Of a stretch of 64,000 bases of DNA, positions 1 through 11,815 are shown one piece after another. The notes under the pieces were generated by a model. The model was not told the DNA's origin, ran no database searches, and saw only the letters and a program-made list of their open reading frames with translations. The DNA comes from Hypanus sabinus (Eukaryota), in NCBI RefSeq assembly GCF_030144855.1, contig NC_082722.1:48360001-48424000 (forward strand). The letters are read 5' to 3'. Numbering within the stretch: position 1 is the stretch's first letter; every line of letters starts with the position of its first letter. The position numbers and the translations under genes were made by a program.

Positions 1-628
1 CCCTCCATAACAGACAGTGATGCAGCCTGTCAGAATGCTCTTCATGGTACAACTATAGAAGTTTTTGAATGTATTTGTTGATATGTCAATTCTCTTCAAA
101 CTCCTAATAAAGTATAGCCACTGTCTTGCCTATTTTATAACTGCATCAATATGTTGGGACCAGGTTAGAACCTCAGAGAACTTAACACCCAGGAACTTGA
201 AGCTGCTCACTCTCTCCACTTCTGATCCCTCTATGAGGATTGGTATATGTTCCTTCGTCTTACCCTTCCTGAAGTCCACAATCAGCTCTTTCGTCTAACT
301 GACATTGAGTGGTAGGTTGTTTCTGCGGCACTACTCCACTAGTTGGCATATCTCACTCCTGTACACCCTCTCGTCACCACATGAGATTCTACCAACAATG
401 GCTGTATCGTCAGCAAATGTAAAGATGGTAATTGAGCTATGCCTAGCCACACGGTCATGTGTACATAGAAAGTAAAGCAGTGGTCTCAGCACACACCCCT
501 GAGGTGTGCCAGTGTTGATCATCAGCAAGGAGGATATGTCATCACCAATCCGCACAGACAGTGGACTTACGGTTAAGAAGTCGAGGATCCAATTGCAGAG
601 GGAGGTACAGAGACCCAGGTTCTGCAAC
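1..628 (-). mobile_element. Rex1/Babar-type LINE fragment (decayed reverse transcriptase)
   Basis: The minus-strand ORF 331-627 has RT motifs ([22 protein letters not shown]). It continues into ELIVDFRK and 'FKFLGV' coding sequence shared with copies at about 10k, 23k, 32k, 44k and 50k. It runs off the window edge. Confidence 0.85.
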
Positions 629-844
629 TTTCCAATTAGTTAAGAAATGTTATACATTTCAAACACAAACTAAAGACGGTTGAATTTGAAAGGTAAAGGG
701 AGATTATAATAATTTCCCTCAAACTTAATACAAAGGCAAGTTCTCATACCAAAATACTGCTTGCCTGGAAAAGAAATTTAATTACTTCCAATTCAGAAAT
801 TGTGTTCATAATACATAGCTAAGTTCAAAGGAGATTTTTTTAAT

Positions 845-868
845 CACACACACACACACACACACACA
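845..868. repeat. (CA)12 microsatellite
   Basis: Read directly from the sequence. Confidence 0.95.
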
Positions 869-1408
869 AAAACACCTTGTAGGTCATGAACTGCAGCAAG
901 AAACAATAAGTTAATCAATTTCAGTACCACAGCAGCTTTGTACTAATTCAAAAAGGGTTAAAAAGAAAAAAAAATCAACTGAACTCCTCCATAAGTGTTT
1001 CTTTGTTTAGTTTTCAAGTAAACAAAAGATGATGTGCTTGGAAGGGAATAGCTTTTTGATCCCTATCATTTATAGTCTTTGTCAGAAGTACATGGTCATC
1101 TTACAAATGAGGTGGTGTTTTGCCAGATAGACTTTATTTTAATATATTGCATACAGAGTCAGAATATCAAGATTCATATTTGTAGCATAGTATTTCACAA
1201 ACAAGTCCAATTTTCCAGTGGTTACTTATACTAAGCTTAAAAGTTTCATAAAGAAACAAATAAACTGGTTGAAATTAATTACTACAGTTGTACTGTCAAA
1301 GGTGAAGGTTAAAGAGAAGGCGAAATAAATGTGTTGCAAGTTACATTGCATTCATTGAAGGCAAGTAGTTGAATGACAATAAACTGAACTTGAACTTGAA
1401 GATATTTA

Positions 1409-3177
1409 CCGTAAATTCCGGACTATAAGCCGCTACTTTTTTTCCCACGCTTTGAACACTGCGGCAACACTGCGGCCTATACTACGGTGCGGCTAATGCA
1501 TGTTTTTTTTTTCATGCCGCCAAAAACATTTTGCCTCGTAACAGTAGACCAATAAAATTGATGAGTAGTTCACAGAGGTCCAATGAAATTGTATGATAAA
1601 TCAAGTGCACTTTCACAATTAAATTATTGTAAATCAGTCATTTGTACTCACCCTCATCAACATGGAAAACACTTGAAGAAAAGCATATGATGCAGCTTTT
1701 AAGTTAAAGGCGATCAATCTGGCGGTTGAAGAAGGAAATCGAGCTGCTGCACATAATCTTGGCATAAATGAATCGATGTTGAGACGGTGGAGACGCCAGC
1801 GTGAAGAACTGAGTCAATGCAAAAAGATGACAAAAGCTTTCAGAGGTAATCATAGCAGATGGCCCGAACTTGAAAACTTTCTTAAAGACTGGGTTAACAC
1901 ACAGAGAGCAGGCGGCCGCGGTGTTTCCACCATGCAGATCAGACTGAAGGCTAAAGCAATCGCCACCAAAATGAAAATCGAAGATTTTAGAGGTGGGCCA
2001 TCGTGGTGTTTTAGATTTATGAGACGAAAAGGCCTGTCCGTCAGGGTACGCACGACTCTGTGTCAGCAGCTCCCTCCTGACCACGAGGAAAAGCTTGCTA
2101 ACTTCCGCACATTCACTCAAACAAAGATAGCGGAGAATTCCATCGGGCCAGATGATATCATAAATATGGATGAAGTACCTTTGACGTTTGACCTGCCTCT
2201 CACTCGGACTGTTAATAAAAAAGGTGACTCGTCCATCACACTGAAAACAAGTGGCCATGAGAGAACGCATTTTACTTGTGTTTTGAGCTGCACAGCATCC
2301 GGACTAAAGCTTCCACCGATGGTGATTTTTTAAGCGGCTGACAATGAAAGTTCAGTGAAAGCTGCCATCAAGAGTACAAACAATTCCAGCTGTGATTCCT
2401 GGGGGCACCACGAAGTATTTGCAGCCACTGGATATCAGCGTGAACCGGGCATTTAAAGTGGCGCTGCGCGTTGAATGGGAGGCTTGGATGACGAGCGGTG
2501 AGAAATCCTTTACCAAAACAGGACGCATGCGAACAGCATCTTTAACTCAAGTATGCCAGTGGATCCTAAATGCATGGAGCCATGTCACAACATCCACCAT
2601 CACCAGCGGGTTTCGAAAGGCCGGACTGCTGCGTGATGAAGAGGACCGCTTGCGCTCAAGTGAGAGCAACAACGAAGAGACTGAAGTGAGTGACGAGTTC
2701 CTGAGGTTTTATTCAATTCGGACACTGAAGAAGAGGACTTTGATGGTTTTAGTGCGCAGGAGGAAGATGAAGAAGGCGATCAATAACTTTTCCTGGTAGG
2801 CTGCAGTATATATATTTTTTTTACCAGTCATTAGGAGATATTGGAATGTTGTTCGTGCACTGTTCAGTAAAAAAGTATACGCAACGTAATCTGTGTGTTA
2901 CCGATATGTATGTATGTTTAAAAGTAGCTGTGTTACAGGCACTGTTCGAAAAAAAGCATTTGCAATATATATTTGTTTATGTTACCATACGGATTTAATT
3001 AAAAGTTAAAAAAATCCTCACGTGTAATATCTTTCTGTGTAAATATCTCATATTACAACGTGGGACACCTGCAGCTTAAAATCCGGTGTGGCTTGTACAA
3101 GTACAAAATTGATTTTCTTTCTAAAATTAGAGCGTGCGGCTTTTAATCAGGTGCGCTCTGTAGTCCGGAATCTACGG
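1409..3177 (+). mobile_element. pogo-superfamily DNA transposon (Passer/POGK-like), both ends present, transposase inactivated
   Basis: Left TIR is CCGTAAATTCCGGACTA (1409). The right TIR reverse-complements to CCGTAGATTCCGGACTA (ends 3177). TA TSDs lie at 1407-1408 and 3178-3179. The transposase starts at ATG 1662 (MENT*RKAYDAAFKLKAI, Brinker-like DBD) and includes a CENP-B HTH (GGPSWCFRFMRR) and DDE_1 motifs (NMDEVP, LQPLDISVN). Confidence 0.92.
1662..2799 (+). pseudogene. pogo transposase pseudogene
   Basis: In-frame TGA at 1674, frameshift near 2330, and an apparent internal deletion near 2345 (no second catalytic Asp block between VIFKRLTM and IPGGTT). Confidence 0.85.
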
Positions 3178-3272
3178 TAATGCAAAATAAAACTCCTGCC
3201 AGTAATGGAACAGGAAAGAACGTATGAAGTTCATGAGTACAATGAGGGAGAAATGCCATCTCTACCATGAAG

Positions 3273-3465
3273 TTTTTACGTCACCAAACCCATGAAGTGA
3301 TTTGATTCTCACCTTTTGTTTTCACTCTGATCCTAATTTACTGGTTCTTTGATTGACAGGTTTGTTACTTGGATATGGAAGTAAATTAATTGCTCTTGTA
3401 GTATTAACTTCAAGAACAATGCTAAATTCAACATTTACATCACAATGCACAAAACTGATTAATAA
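3273..3465 (+). repeat. Copy 1 of a diverged direct repeat of about 190 bp (copy 2 at 5621-5815)
   Basis: Shared blocks CACCAAACCCATGAAGTGATTT, TTTTCACTCTGATCCTAATTT, TTGACAGGTTTGTTA, TTGGATATGGAAGTAAAT, CAAGAACAATGCTAAA and CACAATGCACAAAA occur in the same order in both copies. Confidence 0.9.
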
Positions 3466-3613
3466 AATGCATTACATTACTTATTTCATTTCTTAATTTT
3501 GTTAACCTGTCCAAATGTTTACATATTTGCAATACATTTGAATGAGATTTCTCTAACTAGATTAATCTGGCATTCCAACTCACACAATTAAGATTTAGTA
3601 CATTGGAACTTAC

Positions 3614-3725
3614 ATTTTGAGTGCTTGCCTAAAGATCGTTTTTGGGGGGATTCCTCATAGGAATGTGCTGATGTCCGTAATGCATTCTGCAAACAGTGCA
3701 CACCACTTTCAGGTCTGTGTACTAT
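3614..3725 (-). CDS. ZCCHC14: ZCCHC14 coding exon 2 (112 nt)
   Basis: Translates IVHRPESGVHCLQNALRTSAHSYEESPQKRSLGKHSK, resembling the human ZCCHC14 segment LENALHTSAHSTEESLPKRPLGKHSK as I recall it. It has a polypyrimidine tract plus AG acceptor (tttttttctctttaaag) and a gtaagt donor. The phase-0 start matches the end of exon 1. Confidence 0.9.
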
Positions 3726-4900
3726 CTTTAAAGAGAAAAAAATATATATTATTTTTCCATAAACATTCAAGAAATATTTAAACCTCATCCACCATAAAAA
3801 AAACTTGAAATGCGAGTTATTCAGATCACATCTTCACCACAAAATCAACTCTAAGTTGTAAAATGGTGCTCAGAATATCCAGTTCACCAAAAAAAATACA
3901 ATTGAGTTTTTACAAGAATTCAAGAAATAAGAGCAAGTATTGGCCTTCAGGCCCCAAACATCCCCTCTGCCATTTAATACAGTCATGGCTAATCTTTGCT
4001 GCCCTCAGCTCCTCTTCCATGCAATTTCTCCATATCCTGATATTACTTGGTCTAGCAAATATTGATCTACCTCCATTTTGAATATCTCTAATAACTTAGC
4101 ATCCACTATCTGCCTAGACAGAGGATTTCAAAGATTCATCTTGGAATTCTAGAGAAAAGTCCATATAACTCAGTTTCAAAAGACAACTCTTCATCCCCTT
4201 CCTTGTTCAAGACATCTCAACATCTACTCTGTAAAATGGAGACAAAAAGAATGTAGATGCTGGGATCTGGAGCAAACAACAACCTGCTGGAGGTGCCCAG
4301 TGGAGAACAGAGAGCTGTAGATTATGAAATGTGATGAGGTAGGTGACGTCGAACCAAATAAGGGAGGGATACTAGACCAAAAGGAACAGTGAGAGAGGTG
4401 AGCACAGAGGAGACTGCACTGGTAGAGTGCATGGATTACAGGCAGACAGGACAAGATGGAACTAGAGATGAACATTTTCTGCAATTTCTAGCAGCCAGCA
4501 CACTCACTTGCTTTTTCTTTCCGCCTGATCAACCCGGATCCCCTCGCACACCCACTCCCCTCCTCCAGCTGGTTCCATCTGCCTATTACTCATATACTCT
4601 CCACTATTCGGTCTTCGCACCCCTTCTCTCCTCACTGCTCCCCCACCATTCCTTTTCACTCAGCATCCCTCCCTTATTGGATTCCACTCATTACCTTCCT
4701 TTCTCATTGCCCTCTGTTGTCTCCACGAATCAATTGCCAGTCTCTGTTGTTATCTCTCCCCTTTCTCCTCTACCTGGCTCCATCTACCCTTTTAATTCAG
4801 ATCCACCTATCTCATCACCTCATTCCTCCATACCACCTCCCCCCACCCCATCTTTTACAATGATGCAGCGTTTCGACCTGAAACAACAATCAGAATTAAG

Positions 4901-5594
4901 TGTAAAGGGGGTTTCTTCTTGTTATTGTGTATGTAATCAAAATGGCTTCTTTGTTTTGTTAAAAGCAGGAATGCTTCTTTGTTGCCAGAGAGTGCTGGAA
5001 GCTTGTTTGGGTTAAAATTTACTGATAATGAGAATTGTATTCCTTTGTAAACCAATTGGGATTAATGTTGTTCTTTCTTCTGAGTCTGTAAGCTATCGTT
5101 GGCGGGCTTTTGCGGAGATCGGCGCGAGGGGGTCGAGAGTGAGGACGCGATGCTGTAAGCTGGGCGAGGAACAGACCCCAAGCGGGGGTCCGAGGCCAGG
5201 AGGTACTCCGAGGAGAGCAGATGAAGCTAGATGTGCTTGGCTGACCACTTCGGATGGTCCTAAGCTGTGAGTGGAGGAGTTCGGAGGGGATCAAATGGTG
5301 GCCAGAATACTTCAATAATTGAACTCCAACGGTTGTGCATGAAGTAGTTTGGACTTTGATAAGTTTGGCACCTTTTCTTTATTTTTTTTCTTCATATATA
5401 CTGTATCGTTATTAATCATTTAGTTATAGTAACCTTTATAAATTGTACTCATTTAATCGCAAATGGTGTACTGTCTGTTTTTGGGCGAGGCAGGGATATC
5501 ATACAGCATCCACACCAGCTGATTACCCAGTTTGGCGGGGCCGAAGGCTGCTCCCCCTAGACGAGAACGAGCTGAGGCAACCCAGGGGGTTACA
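4901..5594. mobile_element. Solo LTR (694 bp), probably Gypsy-type
   Basis: Begins TGTAA and ends TTACA. An exact 4-bp TSD TAAG lies at 4897-4900 and 5595-5598. It is GC/CpG-richer than its flanks. Confidence 0.85.
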
Positions 5595-5620
5595 TAAGAA
5601 ATGACAGAAGTAGTAAAATG

Positions 5621-5815
5621 TTTTTATGACACCAAACCCATGAAGTGATTTCATTCTTAAGTTGTCTTTTCACTCTGATCCTAATTTGCTGGTTCCTTGG
5701 TTGACAGGTTTGTTATTTGGATATGGAAGTAAATGAATTGCTCTTGTATTAACTTCACCAAGAACAATGCTAAAATCAACACTTACACCACAATGCACAA
5801 AAACAGATTAATAAT
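5621..5815 (+). repeat. Copy 2 of the ~190-bp direct repeat (copy 1 at 3273-3465)
   Basis: See copy 1. Confidence 0.9.
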
Positions 5816-5869
5816 TCTATTTCTAATTCCTGTATGTAATATTTTACATTTACTTATATTAAATTTATT

Positions 5870-6320
5870 CTGCCATTTATTTGCCCACATCTGGATTTTA
5901 TTTAGATCTAATTATATTGATTCGGCTGCCTGAATGTTATCAGACCATCCCCCTAATTTGGTGTCACCTGCAAACTTTCTAGTTTATTTTTTATGTGCTT
6001 ATCCAAATCATTAATGTAATTTAAAAATAGTAGCAGCCCCAAAACTGATCTCTACAGAATACCACTTTTAACATCTTCTAGGTGTGAAAATGATCAACAT
6101 AACTTACTGTTCTGTGTTTTTGACCCAATTCTGCACCCATTCACATACCTTTTTCCGAATCCCTAACTCATGTAAATTTGATTATTAATTCCTTGTGAGG
6201 TACTTGTCAAAACCCTTCTGAAAGTCCAAGGAAAATTATATCAACCACTCTTGTTATTATATAATTTTAGCTGCCTCTTCACAGAACTCCAGCACAGTAA
6301 TAAAGCCCGATTTCCCCCCT
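5870..6320 (-). mobile_element. Old CR1 LINE RT fragment
   Basis: The minus strand carries degenerate (Y)LDFQKGFDKVPH and KFAGDTKLGG coding. Boundaries are approximate. Confidence 0.65.
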
Positions 6321-7249
6321 TTCAGAATCAGAATCAGGTTTATTATCACCAGCCTGTAATATGAAACAGCAGGGTAAGCAATACGTAATCAGCAAACAGA
6401 AAAAATAAAATAATAATAATAAACAAACAAGTAAATGAGTTACATATATTGAATAGATTTTTAAAAAGTGCAAAAACAGAAATACTGTATATCTAAAAAA
6501 AGTGAGGTAGTGTCCAAAGATTCAATGTCCATTTATATCTGCCACTGTTCATCCAATAACCTACAACTTAGCTTGTTTACCCAGTCCAACTTAGCCAACT
6601 CCACCATACTACTGTTGTAATTCCCCTTAACTAAACTAAATGCTCTAAAAAGCCATCTCTTAGGCATTCAACAAACTCACTCTCGAGATCCATTACCAAC
6701 CTGTTTTACCCAAAAGATTTAGTAATTCACATGAAAGCAAAAAAAGAGTACACAAGATGTTTCTGGCAGGTAAAGACTGAGTAGCTTTAAGTTCCAAGAT
6801 GTCCAGTTCTTCAAGAATCCAACCAAGGCCCCAACATATTGTGCAGTCATGAAGAATGTACACCAGTGAATCTGAGAAGACTTGGTATGCCACAAAAGTC
6901 TCTTGCAACTTTCTTTAAATGTACACTGGGAAACATTCTGACTGGTTACAGACAGACTTTTAAGGAAATACAGTGAGCCTGAAGACCCACACCCAAAGAT
7001 TCAGAAGATGCTTTTACCCCTCCATCATCAGATTTTTAAGTGATCCACAAGATCACTTCCTTTTTTTGGAATTATTTATGTTGTAATTTATAGTAATTGT
7101 ATGTCATTGCACTGTACTGCTCCCAAAGAACAACAAATTTTATACAAGACAGAGATAATAATCCTGTTTCTGTTTCTACATGAAGAGCAAAGGGGAAACC
7201 AGAGACTGAGTAGATTTCCTTAAGTATCAATTTAGTCGTCTATGTGTGG

Positions 7250-8905
7250 AGATGGGAGAGACCTTCACTGAAGATTTCTCAGCTCTATTTACCGTGGAGA
7301 AGGTCATGCAAGATACAGAATTAAGGCATATCAGTAATGACATCATGGAACATATCCTCGTTAAAACTGCTGACAGTAATAAATCATTAAGGTGAACAAA
7401 TTTCTGACATAAAATCCCACAATATCCTAGGACATTGTGGGAAGTCAGGGAAGAAATTGGAAGAGCCCCAGCAGATACCTTTCTTAGCTATGGGTGAGGT
7501 ACTGTGAGAATGGAGAGTGGCTAATATTGTACCTTTATTCAAGAAGACTTGCAAGGCCAGGCCAAGGAACTACAGGGCAGTAAGCTTAACATCAGTGATG
7601 GAAAGGTTGCTGCAGTGGATTCTGATTAACTTGATTGAGGACAAGGTAACTAAGAGGAGTGTCAAAGGCAGGGCAGTCCACATGGACTTCTGCAATGTTT
7701 TTGACTCGATCCTGCAAGGTAAGCCAGTCTGGAAAGTTAAATCATAGAACATAGAACAGTACAGCACAGCACAGCACAGCACAGGCCCTTTGGTTCACAA
7801 TGTTGTGCCGACCCTTGGAATCATGTGGAATCCAAGGAGAGTTTTCTAAATGGATATCAAAATGACTTGGTGGAAGGAGGCAGTGGTGATAGTGGGGGGT
7901 GTTTTTTTCCATATCGAAGCCCTGTGACAAGTGACGCATTGCAGGGATTGGTGCTGGGTGCATTATTGTTTGTTATTTATATTAAAGACTTGGATGACAA
8001 TGCTAAAAATGTGATTTACAAATTAGTACACTACACTAAAATTGGTGGTGATAATTGTAAAATTTACAATTATCCAATTGTATAAGGGGTGTAGAGAAAC
8101 TTGGAAAGTGGGCCACAGAATGGCAAACAGAATTTAACTCCAGCAAGTTAGAGATGTTACATTTTACCAAGTTAAACCAGAACAGGACTTACAATGTAAG
8201 TAGTAGGGTTCTGGGAAATACTGTAGAACAGGGGTTTGCAGGAATACAGATATATAGGTCCCTGAAAGTGGAGACTTGGATAGATAGGATGAAGAAGACA
8301 AGTGTGCCAAACACCACCTTCATCAGTTCAGCCACTGAATACAAGGGTTGGAATGTCATGTTACAGCAATGCAAGACGTCAGTGAAAATGCACTTGGAGA
8401 AATGTGTGCATCTCTAGTTCCTGGGTATAAGAAAGACATCAATAAGCTGGAAAGGTTGCAGAAAAGATTCAATGATATTAACAGGACTGGAGAGCCACAA
8501 CCATAAGGAGATACTGCATAGGAAGGGACTACTTTCCCCTGGAGAGCAGGAAACTGAGAGCGACTTCATATAAAACAATAACAGGCAAAAATAAGGTGAA
8601 CAGTAACAATCTTTTCACCATGATAGGGGAGTCTAAAACTAAAGAGCATCAGTTTAAGTTAGAGGGGAGGGATTTGAAAGGGATCTGAGTGGCAACTTTT
8701 TCCACAATGGGTGGTGGACATTTGGAATGAGCTACAAGAAGAAATGATAGAGAAGGCTACAATTACAATATTTAAAAGACATTTAGATAGGTACAAATAT
8801 TGGAAGGGTTTATAGGTATATGGACCAAATGGGACTAGTTCAAATAGGCAACTTGGCTGCCATGGATGGGTAGGGCCAAAGGGCTGGTTTCCATACAATA
8901 TAATT
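7250..8905 (+). mobile_element. CR1 LINE, decayed ORF2 (RT to 3' end)
   Basis: Fragmented ORFs ANIVPLFKK...NYRAVSLTSV, QGLVLGALLFVIYIKDLD and MLHFTKLNQ, with many stops. Boundaries are approximate. Confidence 0.85.
7746..7818 (-). mobile_element. Very short 5'-truncated CR1 3' end nested in the older CR1
   Basis: The AGAACATAGAAC...CAGCAC...CAGGCCCTT tail matches the CR1 3' ends at about 11465 and 19968. It is flanked by AATCAT at 7740-7745 and 7819-7824 (candidate TSD). Confidence 0.7.
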
Positions 8906-9139
8906 CTATTACTTGAAAGGCTACAGCTTGTACTATTCAAAACTTGAGGTCGGATGGGCAATCTAACAAGAGTTATTTGGGAAATTGACATAGTGGATAG
9001 ATACAGCTGAAAACCATCATCACAGATTCAGTGAGTCATACAGCTAATCAAGTCTGCACAAACCGTTAAGCATTCATTTAGACTAATTCCTTTTTATACT
9101 CCCCATGTTCCCAAACAACTCTGCGGAAACTATCATTCA

Positions 9140-9322
9140 CCTAAACATGAGGAAATTTAAAGTGGCCAATTAACCTACCAACCCATATGTCTTTAGGATG
9201 TAGGAGGAAACTGATGCACCCAGAGAGAACCTGCAAACTCCATACAAACAGTACCATCAGTCAGGATTAAAAACATGTTGCTGGAACTCTAAAGCAGCAG
9301 CTCTACCAGTTGCACCACTGTG
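9140..9322 (-). mobile_element. tRNA-derived V-SINE (HE1-like) remnant
   Basis: The pattern CCAATTAACCTACC...TGTCTTT...GGAGGAAAC...GCAAACTCCA is repeated at about 36700 and 58690. The family name is from recalled consensus. Confidence 0.6.
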
Positions 9323-9829
9323 AAATCTGATTCATATCTGTGAAGAATGTCACTGAAGAGCAACAAGTGGCCAAGGAAGAGGGATGAGCCAAATATAGCT
9401 CTGTGGAAAATTGCAAAGGCCATTGCTGGTGTATGGTTGCTCATGACACTGTGTGATTATGGGTGTAAAACTCCACAGAGAATTCAAGGAAGACAAGGAG
9501 GGACAATTCACCCAGTATTACTCCAGTAGCATTACTTAGGGCAACATCCAAGCAAATTTTAAAATACAAATACAACACACAAAAAATACTGCAAGAAATC
9601 AGCAAGTCAGGTAACATCTATAGAGGGGAATAAGCAGTCAAAGTTTCAGTCCAAGACCCTTCATGAAGACATTTTATCGGAGATGGAGATTCACAGCACA
9701 TTAAAAGGCACTATGATGAAGAAAAGATTTAAGATGGTGGAGCATTTCAAAGTTCAAAGTAAATTTTATATAAAAGTATGAATATGTTATCCCAAGATCA
9801 ATTTTCTTGCAGGCATTTACAGTAGAAAT

Positions 9830-10460
9830 ATAGAATCAGAATCAGGTTAATTACCGGCATGAGTCATGAAATTTGTTAACTTAGCAGCAGCAGTTCAATG
9901 CAATACCTAACGCAGAAGAGAAAAAAATAAACCAATTACAGTATATGTATATTGAATAGATTAAAAATTGTGCAAAAAAAAGGAAATAATATATTTTAAA
10001 AAGTGAGGTAGTGTTCACAGGTTCAGTGCTCGTTAAGGAATCGGATGGCAGAGGGGAAGAAGCTGTTCCTGAATAATTGAGTGTGTGCCTTCAGGCTTCT
10101 GTACCTCTGTAACAGTGAGAAAAGGGCATGCCCTGTATGCTGCAGGTCCTTAATAATGGACACTGTCTTTCTGAGACACCGCTCCCTGAAGGTGTCCTGG
10201 GTACTCTGTAGGCTAATACCCGAGATGGAGCCAAGTAAATTTACAACCTCCTGCAGCTTCTTTCTGTCCTGTACCAGACAGTGATGCAGCGTGTTAGAAA
10301 GCTCTCCACAGTACATCTATAGAGTGTATTCGTTGACATGCCAAATCTGTTCAAGCTCGTATTGAAGTATAGCCACTGTCTTGTCTTCTTTATAACTGCA
10401 TCGATATGTTGGAACCAGGTTAGATCCTCAGAGATCTTGACATCCAGGAACTTGAAAAGC
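9830..10460 (-). mobile_element. Rex1/Babar LINE 3' fragment
   Basis: Minus-strand coding FKFLDVKISEDLTW...FRNSFFPSAIRFLN, with an AGAATCAGAATCAGG tail at the left end. Confidence 0.85.
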
Positions 10461-11462
10461 AGCATCAATGAAAAAGCTACACACAAACCCTGACAATGTG
10501 CAAAAGATGACAAGCTGTGCAAATACAAAATACAATAAAAATAATAGTGAATAAAGTATTTGGAGAAAACTTGATTGCAGACTTTGAAAAGGAGACAGCA
10601 ATAATGGTTTTAGAAGGTCTAAGGATGCTGTCTAAGCAAAGGAAGCCATAAATAAAGCCAGCAAGCATCAGGACCAAGGGATGAGAATATAGTATAGAGG
10701 TACTGGCTGTACTTGAGAATAAAAGGGAATTTGAAGAAACCACTGAACTTCATGGAAACATGGAAGAGACTATTCCATTTCCTCTTTCACTGCTCTTCCT
10801 TTTTCAAAAAGTCTGGAGTTAAAGGAGTGGCAGAAGTATGGAGAGGAAACATTTACATAAGAGTTTTAATGTCAGAGACAAACAAACATCATATGCTCTT
10901 CATATCAAAACTGACACAATTAAAAAAAATGATAGTAGTTATTCTTGTCAATCCCCATTGAAATGTTGGGCTTATAAAAAAATAATAAATCATCTCCAAA
11001 TCTTCTAACTCAAGTGAGTTCAGGCCCAGTCTTCTTTCATACATGCTAGGAAGTGTCATCTCCAATAGAAAAGTGAATAACAACTTACTCTTGACATTCA
11101 ATAGCATTATCATTGCAGAAAGAATCACCCACCATCAATATCCTGGGGGCACTAACTAGCAAATCAGCAGGACCAACCAAATAAATGCTTTGGCTACAAA
11201 AGCAAATCAGAGGCTTGATATCCTGCAGCAAGTAACTCACCTAAATCCCCCTAGTTTATCACCATTTACAATGCACAAGAGCTGAGCTACCAAGGAATAA
11301 TACAGCACCAGCAACTTTTGGTATGTTTGACATCCAGGATAATTCATATTCTTGACTGAAACCTTAAGTCGACCTGAAACATTTGTGCACTCTACCAATG
11401 GCATACAATAGCTGCACTGTGCACCTTGTACAAAATGTATTATACTTGCCTGCCAAGCTTTA

Positions 11463-11815
11463 AGAAACATAGAAAACCTACAGCACAATACAGGCCCTAC
11501 AGCCCACAAAGTTATGACGAACATATCCCTACCTCAGAAATTACTAGGCTTACCCATTGCCCTATATTTTTTTCAGCTCCATGTACCTATCCAAAAGTCT
11601 CTTAAAAGACCCTATTGTATCCGCCTCCACCACCGTTGCCGGCAGCCCATTCCACGTACTCACCACTCTGAGTAAAAAACTTACCTCTGACATCTCCTCT
11701 GTACCTACTCCCCAGCACCTTAAACCTGTGTCCTCTTGTGGTAACCATTTCAGCCCTGGGAAAGCGCCTCTAACTATTCACGCAATCAATGCTTCTCATC
11801 ATCTTATACACCTTA
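11463..11815 (-). mobile_element. CR1 3' end fragment
   Basis: Nearly colinear with 19968-20320 (AGAAACATAGAAAACCTACAGCACAATACAGGCCC...). Confidence 0.85.

Noticed and set aside
1704-2270. 188-aa minus-strand ORF
   Set aside because: It is the antisense shadow of the pogo transposase.
4389-5015. 208-aa plus-strand ORF
   Set aside because: It is a low-complexity Pro/Ser/Leu frame over pyrimidine-rich repeat sequence and runs into the solo LTR.
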